Assembly (NCBI RefSeq): GCF_006345805.1
Contig: NC_043000.1
Location: 2,728,001-2,792,000, forward strand
DNA length: 64,000 nt
Direction of reading: 5' to 3'
DNA from: Octopus sinensis
Taxonomy: Eukaryota
This document shows, piece by piece, positions 26,105 through 38,341 of the stretch (positions are counted from its first letter, which is position 1; each line of letters begins with the position of its first letter). The notes under the pieces were generated by a model that was given only the letters and a program-made list of their open reading frames with translations, was not told the origin of the DNA and made no database searches. The translations under genes were made by a program, and so were the position numbers.

Positions 26105-27181
26105 GGTGGTGGCGGCGACGACGATGATGATTTCAAATTTTGGCACAAAGCCAGCAATTTCGAAGGAGGGGATAAGTCATTTACATCAACCCCAGTGTTC
26201 AACTGGTGCTTATTTTATTGACCCTGAATGGATGAAAGCCAAAGTTGACCTCAGCAGAATTTGAACTCAGAATGTAAAGATGGATGAAATTGCCACTAAG
26301 CATTTTTTCCAGTGCAGTTATGATTCTGCCCACTCGCCACATCAATAATAATAATAATAATAGTGGCGGCGGCAGGGAGTGGGGTGGAGTGGGGTTTCTA
26401 CTATAGGCACAAGGCCTGAAATTTTGAGGATGGGGTTATGTCAATTACATTGACCTCAGTACTCCACTGGTACTTAATTTATTGGCCTCTGAAAGGATGA
26501 ATGGCAAAATCGACCTTGGTGGAATTTGAACTCAGAATGTGAAGACAGATGAAATGCTGTTAAGCATTTTGCCTGGTGTTGTAATGATTTTGCGAGCTTG
26601 GCATATTAATAATGATGATAATCCTTTCTACTATAGACACAATGCTGACAATTTTGTGAATGTGAAGACAGACAAAATGCTGCTGAGCATTTTGCCTAGC
26701 GTGTTAATGATTCTGCTGTCTCGCTGCCTTCGATAATAATAATAATAATAATTTGTTCGTTTATTGGCCACAAGGGCTGACAAAAATCAATTAAAACATA
26801 AAGGGACAAAACACAGGACGAAAGTTACAAAGGGTTTTGTCCGTTTGAAAAAGTCCATGTACAAAAGCAGGATAACAACGAAATATAAGTAACAATAATA
26901 ATAATCCTTTCCCCTTTAGGTACAAGACCTGAAATCTTGGGGTAGCGGGGTAATAATAATAATAATAATGATTTCAAAATTTGGCACAAGGCTAGTAAGT
27001 TCAGGGTAGGGGTTAAGTCGATTACATCCACCCCAGCCTTCAACTGGTACTTATTTTATCAACCCTGAAAGGATGAAAGGCAACACTGACCTCAGTGGAA
27101 TTTGAACTCAGAATATGAAGATGGACAAAATGTTGCTAAGTATTTTGCCCAGCATGCTACCAATTCTGCCAACTCACCACC

Positions 27182-27223
<42 letters not shown>

Positions 27224-27255
27224 TAATAATAATAATAATAATAATACTAATAATA

Positions 27256-27849
27256 CTACACTACAAATTCGGCACTCCTGCTAACTGGTATGAACATCAT
27301 CCTCAGCCAGTTGTTGAAGGTAAAAATGTCACCATCCTCTGGGATTTTCCAGTCAACACTGACAGAACGATCAAGGCTAATCGACCAGACATAGTTATTA
27401 AAGACAGGGAAGAAAATACCTGCAGACTAATAGAGGTAAGCGTCCCCACTGATAACAATATATCTGTAAAGGAATTCGACAAACTTAGTAAATATAAGGA
27501 CCTGGAAATCGAAATACAAAAGCTGTGGAATCTTAAAACAAAAACTGTTCCTGTTATTGTAGGTGCCCTAGGTATGATAAAAAAGGGATGTCAGAAACAC
27601 CTAGACAATATCCCTGGAGAACCATGTCTCAAGGAAATCCAAAAGATTGTGCTAACAAGTACTGCCCACATCCTTAGAAAAACCCTATCAATGTAAATGT
27701 TTGTGTTGTATTACATGGAGATATTTCTCTACTTCCCCTCCCCAAGCTTTCAGCTATATTTCAACAACTCTTAACCTTCACTTGCCCTAGGGCGCTGGGT
27801 GTGCCCCGGCAAGTGATTGCATCAAACATGCAGATTAAAAGTAAATGAC

Positions 27850-27851
<2 letters not shown>
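27256..27851 (+). mobile_element. 5'-truncated R4/Dong-clade non-LTR retrotransposon (restriction-like endonuclease domain plus 3' UTR) inserted in (TAA)n
   Basis: About 145 uninterrupted codons: WYEHHPQPVVEGKNVTILWDF..TDRTIKANRPDIV...LIEVSVP...EFDKLSKYKDL...PVIVGALG (PD..E..K motif), stop at 27694-27696. (AAT)n on both sides. Confidence 0.9.
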
Positions 27852-27886
<35 letters not shown>

Positions 27887-28616
27887 CTCTTATTTTATAA
27901 TCAGGTGTACTACAATTTATTGGGAAAGGATAAAAGAGAGGACAGAAAGTTGCAATAAACAAAGTAAAGAAAGCAGTGATATAACTAAAAGTGCATGAAT
28001 AATACACATAGGCGCAGGAGTGGCTGTTTGGTAAGTAGCTTGCTAACCAACCACATGGTTCCGGGTTCAGTCCCACTGCGTGGCATCTTGGGCAAGTGTC
28101 TTCTGCTATAGCCCCGGGCCAACCAATGCCTTGTGAGTGGATTTGGTAGACGGAAACTGAAAGAAGCCTGTCGTATATATGTATATATATATAAGTGTGT
28201 GTGAATATGTTTGTGTGTCTGTGTTTGTTCCCCTAGCATTGCTTGACAACCGATGCTGGTGTGTCTACGTCCCCGCCACTTAGCGGTTCGGCAAAAGAGA
28301 CCGATAGAATAAGTACTGGGCTTACAAAGAATAAGTCCCGGGGTCGATTTGCTTGACTAAAGGCGGTGCTCCAGCATGGCCGCAGTCAAATGACTGAAAC
28401 AAGTAAAAAAAAAGAGAATAAGACACAAAAAGGTAGAATAGTGAACAGTAAAAAAGCCATGAAGCAGAAAGGGATTACAGACACTTCAGAAGTAGTGTCG
28501 GAGAATTTTGAGAAGCACGAAATTTTTGAAAGATGTAGTTTCTTGACAGCTAACAACTGATGCAAGTAGCTTATTCCATGCTTCAATAATTCTGAGTGTG
28601 AAAAAATGTTTCTGAA

Positions 28617-28814
28617 AGTCATGGGTGCTGTGCTGTTTTTATTTTCATTTTATAAGCATAAATTACAGCAATTCTCACCTGGAGTTCCATGGCACCCCAG
28701 GCTTCTGTTACAACTTGCTAGGGGTTCCATGAAAATTAGTGATCAATAAGCTAATAATATGCAAAGACGTTTTTGATTAATTTTTGTGCTTAATTATTTA
28801 TTCATAGTTTTATT
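28617..28814 (-). repeat. Right arm of the 198-bp inverted duplication (partner 22591-22788)
   Basis: Reverse complement is 97.5% identical to 22591-22788. Confidence 0.95.
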
Positions 28815-30444
28815 ACACTTTCATGGCATATTACCTCAGGTAGAGAAATCCTGACATCCAGGTAGTAAGGAGATCCTATTGGGTTTCCTCATAAGCTTCA
28901 GTCTTGGTTAAAATGAAATTTCTTAACTTTTTAACATTCAGGTTACTCTGTCAAATGTAATGCTTATTTATTCACATTGTTTTGAATTAAACATGCATTA
29001 CCTCCTAGCGTTCAATGATGTGACTGCGTATTTTTAGACTGGCATTTTGTGGTAGGTGTGAGAGGCTGGATCTGGCCACTTTGAACATAAAATAGAATAA
29101 TTTGGCCTGACATGGCTGGTTTAACTCTTTAGCATAAATGTTCACATTACAAATTACACGAACATGTATAAACAGGAGATACAAATAATACAGGCACCCC
29201 CCCAACACACTAACTAAAATAATACAGGTACCCCCCCCCCCCAACACACTAACTAAACATAGACACACATAGGGGTATACGCATGCGCAAATAAAGACTC
29301 ATACAATAAGAATACAAAATACAAAATGGCTGATCGTTAGTAAGGAGAGACACACAAATAAGAAAGAGGAAAGCAAAGGACCACTGATAAGGTCACAGAA
29401 GTGTGATGAAAGAACTCTGGCCAAAATAAGATTAAGATTAATGTAAAAAATAAATAACGCTGAAGCAAAGTAACACCAAATATATAGTGCCTGTGTTTTT
29501 ATTGGCTAAACTGGCAACATGACCATTCCTAAATACAACAATATCTGTTTCAACACACGATTTCACATCAAGAATCTTGCAAAACAAATATATAAACGTA
29601 ATGTTCACATTGTTTTGAATTAATCATGCATTATCTCATAGCTTTGAAATTTTTAATATGTGACTGTTTATTTTTAAAATGACATTGTTGCATAGGTATG
29701 AAAGGCCAGATCTAGCTGGTTTCATCATAGAAAGGATTGAATATTTGGGCCTGATACGGTCAGTTTAAATGCTAAAGGGTTAAACCATTTTTCTGGCATC
29801 TTTGTGATTTCAGCACTGCCAGACTTTTCAAAGACTCTTTTATCTTTTGATTACTCTTTGTGAAGCACATGGCTCAGTGGTTAGAGTGTTGGGCTGACAG
29901 TCATGAGGTAGTGAGTTCCATTCCTGGACCAGGCTGTGTGTTGTGTTCTTGAGCAAGACACTTTATTTTCATGCTGCTCCAGTTCACTCAGCTGTAGAAA
30001 TGAGTTGCAACGTCACAAGTGCCAAGCTGTATTGGCCTTTGCCTTTCCCTTGGATAACATTGGTGGCAAGGAGAGGGGAGGCCGGTATTCATGGGCGACT
30101 GCTGGTCTTCCATAAACAATTTTGCCTGGACTTGTGCCTTGGAGGGTAACTTTCTAGGTGCAATCCCATGGTCATTCATGACTGAAAGGGGTCGTTACCC
30201 TTTTTACTCTTTTACAAAATTTAACTTAATGAAAGATAAAAAGTGAGTTTAATAAAGATGTGTTATAATTTTTATGTAGTGGTTCCCTGAGATATGGAAT
30301 GTGTTCCAAGGAATCCACAAGACTAAAATTGTTGGAAATGTTAGCATATAAGACAGATAATGCTCAAATTGAGGTAAAGCTGGCAAAAACTGATTTTGGA
30401 CTCCTGTGGACTAAGCAATTTGATATTGTATATATAAAGGACTG

Positions 30445-30550
30445 TTGTAGTAGTAGTAGTAGTGGTAGTAACAGAAGCAGTAGTAGTAGCAGCAGCAGCA
30501 GTAGTAGTAGTAGTAGTAGTACTAGTAGTAGTAGTAGTGGTAGTAGTAGT

Positions 30551-30582
<32 letters not shown>

Positions 30583-30974
30583 TAGTAGTAGTAGGAGGAG
30601 GAGGAGGAGGAGGAGGAGTGGAAATGATGGTAGAAACTGTGGTAGTGATGGTAGTAGTTGTATTAGTGATGGGAATAATTATAATGATTGCAGTGATGGT
30701 GGTGGTAATGATGAAGGCGGTCTTTGTAGTAGTGGTAGTAAGACTAGTAGTTGTGGTAGCATTAGTAGTATTAGTAGTAGTAGCAGCAGTAGTAACAGTG
30801 GTAGTAATAATATGGGTGGTTTTATAAGCTGTAGTAGTGGTCATAGTAGTGGTATATACAAATGTATTTAATAGTACATGCTACATGATTGTAAGATATA
30901 ATTGAGTTCTGGGGAGGTTGAAGAGAAATTAGCCAAATATGATCTGATAGATGGATAATGTGTGTATACATACA

Positions 30975-31005
<31 letters not shown>

Positions 31006-31149
31006 TATATATGTATATATATACATGCATGTATACATACATACATACATACATACATATTTATATATGTATATGTATACATGCATGTATATACATGCAT
31101 GTATACACATGCACATATATATAAATATATATATATACATATATGTGTG

Positions 31150-31213
<64 letters not shown>

Positions 31214-31340
31214 TATATATATATACATATATATATACATATATATATACATACATATATATATACATATTTACACATACATATATATATATATATACAA
31301 ATATATACATGCATACATACATACATACATACATACATAA
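30445..31340. repeat. (AGT)n/(AGC)n/(GGA)n trinucleotide block followed by a (TACA)n/(TA)n block
   Basis: Direct reading. Confidence 0.92.
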
Positions 31341-32174
31341 ACCATGCATGCAAAATGTCAATGGACGGTGATTGATGGATGTGAAAATGCTATGTTATGA
31401 TAGTAGAATATTCTTGTAAGGAGAGGAGGAGACTGAAGCAGACAAGAAGGCATTGGAAGACAGAGTGGGGTCAAATTACAAGATGATCAATTTTGTCACA
31501 GACAAGGTGTTGCAGGATAAAGATGTCATACAAGAGACCAGTTTAACTCATACTGGTATGGAAGACAGATTTTAAAACATTGTTATTATTATTGTTTGGC
31601 CACAAGTCAGAACCGAATTCAACGACTGGCACCCATGCCAATCCCCCTCCATTGGACACTAAACACTGCTTGCGAAGACCAGTTGGGGCAAGTGAAATCG
31701 AAATTGAACCAAATTCGATGACTGGCACCCGTGCCAGTGGAGTGCTGACAGCTCCATCTGAGTGGGACCATTGCCACAGCAGCTGTCTGGCTCCTGTGCC
31801 TGTGGCATGTAAAAAGCACCATTTGAGTGTGATTGTTACCAGCGTCGCCTTACTGGCACTTGTGCTGGTGGCACGTGAACAAAACATTCGAGCGAGGTCG
31901 TTGGCAGTGCCACTGGACTGACTCCTGTGCAGGTGGCACGTAAAAAACACCATTTCGAGCCTGGCCGTTGCCAGTACCGCCAGACTGGCCCTCGTGCCAG
32001 TGGCACGTAAAAGCACCCACTACACTCTCAGAGTGGTTGGCATTAGGAAGGGCATCCAGCTGTAGAAACTCTGCCAAATCAGATTGGAGCCTGGCGTAGC
32101 CATCTGGTTCGCCAGTCCTCAGTCAAATTGTCCAACCCATGCTAGCATGGAAAGCAGACGTTAAATGATGATGC

Positions 32175-32393
32175 TGAAGGTGTGCTGAAAAGTTCCTGGC
32201 TTTAAGGGTATCGCGAAAGGCCTGGTTGGAGGCCCAACCTCCTGAGTTCCTTTACAGGCCTTAGAAAAACTGAAGGACCACTGCAATAAGTGTGTGAATC
32301 TGAGAGGAGAATATGTTGAATAAAATCATAATTAGCAGATCCTCCTGTATTTTCTTTTATTCAAAGCCAGGAACTTCTCAGCATTCCCTTGTA
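32175..32393. mobile_element. Mariner-like MITE; second copy 42486-42703, just 3' of the AMT stop
   Basis: TIR GCTGAAAAGTTCCTGGCTTT / AAAGCCAGGAACTTCTCAGC. Both copies share the interior AAGGGTATCG.GAAAGGCCTGGTTGGAGGCCCAACC. Confidence 0.8.
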
Positions 32394-34563
32394 TATGAAC
32401 AAAGATGGTTGGAGTGTTGTATACTTAGAACTGCAATAGGCTCAAGTGTGGTTGTGTGGTTAAGAAACTTGCTTCCTAATCATGTGGTCTTGGGTTCAAT
32501 CCCACTTTGTGGTGTCTTGGGCAAGTGTCTTCTGCTGTAACTCAAGACTGATCAAAGCCTTTTGAGTGGTTTTGGCAGGTGGAAACTGGAAGAAGCCTGT
32601 CATATATATATATATATGTGTGTATGTGTGTGTTTTGACATCATGTGATTGTTGTAAATGAGCATCCCTGTCAAACTAGTGGTGTTGTTCATGTCCATTC
32701 TTTCATGAAAAATATGTCTGGCCATGTTTACTTAGAAACAGGCCAAAAGGAATGGCATCTGGCGGGAGAAAATCTGCCTCAAGAACTTTAGTCTGTTCCA
32801 GGCAAGCATGGAAAAGTGGATGTTTAACAATGATGATGATCTTGGACTCTCTTTACTCTTTACTCTTTTACTTGTTTCAGTCATTTGACTGCGGCCATGC
32901 TGGAGCACCGCCTTTAGTCGAGCAAATCGACCCCAGGACTTATTCTTTGTAAGCCCAGTACTTATTCTATCGGTCTCTTTTGCCGAACCGCTAAGTGACG
33001 GGGACGTAAACACACCAGCATCGGTTGTCAAGCAATGCTAGGGGGACAAACACACACACATACACATATATATACATACATACGACAGGCTTCTTTCAGT
33101 TTCCGTCTACCGAATCCACTCAAGGCATTGGTCGGCCCGGGGCTATAGCAGAAGACACTTGCCCAAGATGCCATGCAGTGGGACTGAACCCGGAACCATG
33201 TGGTTGGTTAGCAAGCTACTTACCACACAGCCACTCCTGCGACTACATCATCTAATTTATATCTGGGACGAGATTGTCCATGGTACTCTTTTTCTTATGA
33301 TGGTTGGGTGTGCTTTGTGGAAGGTTTAGCTGCTATTCATCATCATCATCGTCCGTTTTCTGTGCTTGCATGGGTTGGGCAGTTCGACTGGGGTCTGGGA
33401 AGCCAGGAGGCTGCATAAGGCTCTAGTCTGATCTGGCAGTGTTTCTACAGCTGGATGCCCTTCCTAATGCCAACCACTCCGTGAGTGTAGTGTGTGCTTT
33501 TTATGTGCCAGGGGAGGCTGGCAATGCCCACGATCGGTTGGTGCTTTTTACATGCTACTGGTACAGAAGCCAGTCAAGGCAGCGCTGGCATCAGCCACGT
33601 GCGGATGGTGCTTTTTACGTGCCACCGGCACAGGTATCACAACTACAATTTCCATTTGATATTTATTTTGATATACTTGACTCAATAGGTCTCCTCAAGC
33701 ACAGCAGGTCATGTGCCACAGGCACAGAAGCCAATCAAGGCAGCGCTGGCATCGGCCACGTTCAGATGGTGCTATTCTTTGAATTAATTATTACCTTATC
33801 TTCTAACTTCAAGAATTTGATAATAATGATGATCATCATCAATATTTAATGCCCACTTTCCATGTTAGCATGGGTTTGACGGTTTGACTGAGAACTGGCA
33901 AGCCGGGAAGCTGCACCAGGCTCCAATCTGATTTGGCAAGGTTTCTACAGCTGGATGCCCTTCCTAACACCAACCACTCTGAGAGTGTAGTGGGTGCTTT
34001 TCACATGACACCATCACCTGTGCTTTTTATGTGGCCTCAGCACCAGTGCTTTTTATGTGGCCCCAGCACCCCCATGAAGTAAATTAGTTTAGTAGAGTCC
34101 AAGATTCTCAAAGATAAATTCTGCTGAACATTTTCAGATTAATGGATCACACACTAATTTAATATTGTCACTTTTGATTTCAGAAAGGAGTTATTTCTAA
34201 ACTGTTGAGCTTATTTGTAGTTAAGCAGATAGAACTATTTGGGGTTTGTTTTTCTCTGTCACAAACTGTCAAGTTAAATGGAAATAAATCTTCAAATTTT
34301 TCTCAACCAGAAATTTTAATAATTTTTTATCTTTTATCTTACCTCTATTATTTGTTTCAGTGATTACACTGCGGTCATACTGGGGCACCACCTTGAAGAG
34401 AATTTAGTCATTTGAGTTGACCCTAATGCTTGTTTTTTGTTAAGTCTGGTACTTGTTCTATTGCTCTCTTTTTGCTGAGCTGCTAAGTTACTGGGGCATA
34501 AACACATCAACACTGTCTGTGAAATGGTGGTGGGGACAAACAGGCACAAAAACACACATAGAT

Positions 34564-34596
<33 letters not shown>

Positions 34597-34936
34597 TATA
34601 TATACATATACATACATACATGTATATCACCGTGATCACCATGACCAACCAGGCTATCAGATGTTGCTACACATCGCTGGTCACAATGCGCTTCACATTG
34701 TTTTAGCCTTCAAATGACTCCACCCCGCTGGCTAAGCAAGCAGGCCAACAGAAGAAAGAGTGAGAAAAAGTTGTGGCGAAAGAGTAGAGCAGGGATTGCC
34801 ACCACACCCTGCCAGAGCCTCGTGGAGCTTTTTAGGTGTTTTCGCTCAATAAACACTCACAACGCCCGGTCTGGGAATCAAAACTGTGATCCTATGACCG
34901 CAAGTCCGCTGCCCTAACCACTAAACCATTGCGCCT

Positions 34937-34980
<44 letters not shown>

Positions 34981-35827
34981 GCCAGGCTTCTTTCAGTCTC
35001 CATCTACCAAATCTACTCACAAGGCTTTGGTTGGCCTGAGGCTATAGTAGAAGACACTTACCCAAGGTGTCACACTGTGGGACTGAACCCAGAACCATGT
35101 AGTTGGGAAGCAAGCTTCTTGCCATACGGCCAATTTTATTAGATTTTTATGTTAGATTTTTATCAACGGTTTTAGTGGAATGCTGGACATAAAGATGCTT
35201 GGATTGTATTGATATATGACAAAAATATGGCTGTATGCAATGAACCACTGAATGTCCTGATTGATTTTTCTTTGTTTGCTAATGTCCAAGGAGATACTGT
35301 GTGTAATATAATAATATATGTATGGAAAAAATATCTCTGTAATATAAAAAATATGTATGCAAAGAGCCACTACATCTAGTTGTTATTTTTGGGCTGGTCC
35401 TCATTTGGCCAACCCAATTAAGAACTAGGTCAGCCCTAATTGGAAAGGTTTATAGTAAAAGGCATTCTAGCCAGGCACATCCTATCTCTTTAGAAAATTC
35501 TAGGGCTACGTTATTCAATGTTTCCTTTTTTAAGATGGTGAGATTTGAATTGGCTCAATTTATGTTAGTTTTTCACCATATGTGCCCTGTGGCACCATCA
35601 CTCAGCTGCATATAATAAACAAAAAAATAAAGAGACAACAAATGAGTTTCTGTTTGAGGCAATAAGCTGGCAAAATTGTTAACACACCGGCCAAAATGGT
35701 TAGCGGCATTTCATACATCTTAATGTTTTGAGTTCAAATTCCACTGAGGTTGACTTTGACTTTAATCTTTTCAGAGTCAGTAAAATAAGTACCTGTTGAT
35801 CACCAGGGTCGAGGTAATTGACTTACC

Positions 35828-36498
35828 TCAAAAATATATGAAAGACTGTAATCTTCTATTCTAGAATGTTAATATTGGTATAATGGTATTTTAATGGTAT
35901 TTTAATGGTATTTTAATGGTATTTTAATGGTATTTTGTAATGGTATGTTAAGGCGGCGAGCTGGTAGAAACGTTAGCACGCCGGGCGAAATTCGTAGCCG
36001 TATTTCGTCTGTCGTTACGTTCCGAGTTCAAATTCCGCCGAGGTCGACTTTGCCTTTCATCCTTTCGGGGGTCGATAAATTAAGTACCAGTTATGCACTG
36101 GGGTTGATGTAATTGACTTAATACGTTTGTCTGTCCTTGTTTGTCCCCTCTGTGTTTAGCCCCTTGTGGGTAGTAAAGAAATATGGTTGCATGTATGTGT
36201 AGTATTTGTGTGTGTTTGTGCCCTTGTCTTCATATCAAGATGGTCAAAAGTGACCATCACAAATGATGTTGTTCATTTCCAGTCCTCCATGAAAGTTGTG
36301 TCTGACCATGAGGAAATATCATTTATCTTACTTGGAAACAATTGAGAGTTGGTGACAGGAAGGGCCCCTTGTGGGTAGTAAAGAAATATATAATGGGATT
36401 TTAACTCTGGAAAGTTGAACAATGTCCAACAAAACAATACACACAACACAAATGAACACAGTGTAATTATACATTTTTCTTCTTACTGATTAAGAATG
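35828..36498 (+). repeat. Interrupted left arm of an inverted duplication (35828-35893 plus 36391-36498; partner 44025-44187)
   Basis: The two pieces joined equal the reverse complement of 44025-44187. They are separated by about six TAATGGTATTT units and a SINE C insertion. Confidence 0.9.
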
Positions 36499-36955
36499 AA
36501 ATGTCGTCATCGTCGTTGTTCATTTTTCTTTAACTTTTTGTTGAGGCAAATTTTTTAAAGACATCCTATTGTCTTAAAAACAGTAGAACATATATTTCTT
36601 TCTTTATTGCCCACAGGGGTCTAAACATAGAGGGGACAAACAAGAACAGACAAACGGATTAAGTCGATTATATCGACCCCAGTGTGTTACTGGTACTTAT
36701 TTAATCGACCACGAAAGGATGAAAGGCAAAGTCGACCTCGGCAGAATTTGAACTCAGAACGTAGAGGCAGACAAAATACCGCTAAGCATTTCGCCTGGCG
36801 CTCTAATGTTTCTGCCAGGTCACAGTGAAAACATTTTTGATCATTGGTCTGCTGAGAAGCAACACTATGAAGTTAATGAGAGCGTTTCTGTGTGGTTGCT
36901 TGACCTGCTAGAAATATCAGTTAAATCTCCTTCAAATCTTAAAATATCATCTTAA

Positions 36956-37176
36956 CTCTTTAGCATTTAAACCAGCCACATCAGACCCAAACATTTTAAG
37001 AGTTTTTTTGTTCAAACTAGCCAAATCTGGCCTCTTACACCTACTTTTCAATATTATTCTAAAAATGAACAAACACATTATCAAAATCTTAAAACTATAA
37101 GATAATGCATAATTAATTCAAAACAATGTAAATCAATAAACACTATAGTTGACAGAGTAATCTGAATGACAAAGGG
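36956..37176. mobile_element. piggyBac-type MITE, second family; decayed copies near 15060-15290, 28925-29135, 29600-29783
   Basis: TTAA|CTCTTTAGCATT ... AATGACAAAGGG|TTAA, with shared interior GACAGAGTAATCTGAATG. Confidence 0.75.
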
Positions 37177-37702
37177 TTAAATAAAAAAAAAACCCAGTTT
37201 GGATGATATAGTCCTTGTTATGCTAAGTATGAGAGGCACAATGGCCCAGTGGTTAGGGCAGCGGACTCGCGGTTGGAGGATCGCAGTTTCGGTTCCCAGA
37301 TCGGGCGTTGTGTGTGTGTTTATTGAGTGAAAACACCAAAAGCTCCACGAGGCTCTGGCAGGGGGTGGTGGCGACCCCTGTTATACTCTTTCGCCCCCAA
37401 CTTTCTCTCACTCTTTCTTCCTGTTTCTTGAGTAACACTGCGACGGACTGGTGTCCTGTCCAGCTGGGGGGTGGGAGGGTGGGGTGGCATACGCCACAGA
37501 AACCGGGAAACCAGGCCCATGAGCCTGGCTAGGCTTGAAAAGGGCACATAAATAAATAAATGCTATGTATGAACAAAAGTTGGAATTGTCATGGTAGGAA
37601 TGCCTTTGATCATAAGCCTACTGGTTCAAAACTGACCATAGAGTAAAACTATCACCACTACAACAACAACTGAAAGAATATTTTACTGGTTTTCTTTTAC
37701 AG

Positions 37703-37819
37703 GTAAACGTCGGCGTCAGCTTGCGGACTTCCCTGGAGCATCTCACATACTCAAACATTTGAAAAATCCTCCACAGAGACAAAGAGTTGGCTTCACATCA
37801 ACAGGACCCTCTCCAAGAC
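37703..37819 (+). CDS. AMT: AMT exon 6 (KRRRQLADFPGASHIL...GPSPR), 117 nt
   Basis: Acceptor ttttacag|, donor AGAC|gtaagc. KRRR..DFPGA and RVG motifs. Confidence 0.94.
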
Positions 37820-38125
37820 GTAAGCTTTAGCAGATCCCTTCATTCATCATTATTCCCTTCTCCATTCCGTACTTTTGTAAAAGGACATTGTAACATCTCT
37901 GTACTTTCTTTGTCTTCTCTTTTACTCCTTTACTTGTTTCAGTCATTTGACTGCGGCCATGCTGGTGCACTGCCTTTAGTCGAGCAAATCGACCCAAGGA
38001 CTTATTCTTTGTAAGCCTAGTTCTTATTCTATCGGTCTCTTTCGCCGAACCGATAAGTTACGGGGACATAAACACACCAACATCGGTTGTCAAGCAATGT
38101 TGTGGGGACAAACACAGATACACAA

Positions 38126-38159
<34 letters not shown>

Positions 38160-38299
38160 GAAAAAAATTTTTCCAATATTCTCCAGACATTTTGACACAA
38201 ATATATATATTTTTTAACATTTAAGCCTTCTGTCGTTTTTTCACTCTTTACTATTTTCTTATATATTCACCCACGTGCTTTACCAAACAAACTTTCTTA

Positions 38300-38341
<42 letters not shown>

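Noticed and set aside
30299-30871. 190-aa Ser/Arg/Gly-rich ORF; likewise the poly-His/Pro ORFs at 57559-58260
   Set aside because: Trinucleotide repeats open in several frames on both strands, with no domain or convincing splice context.
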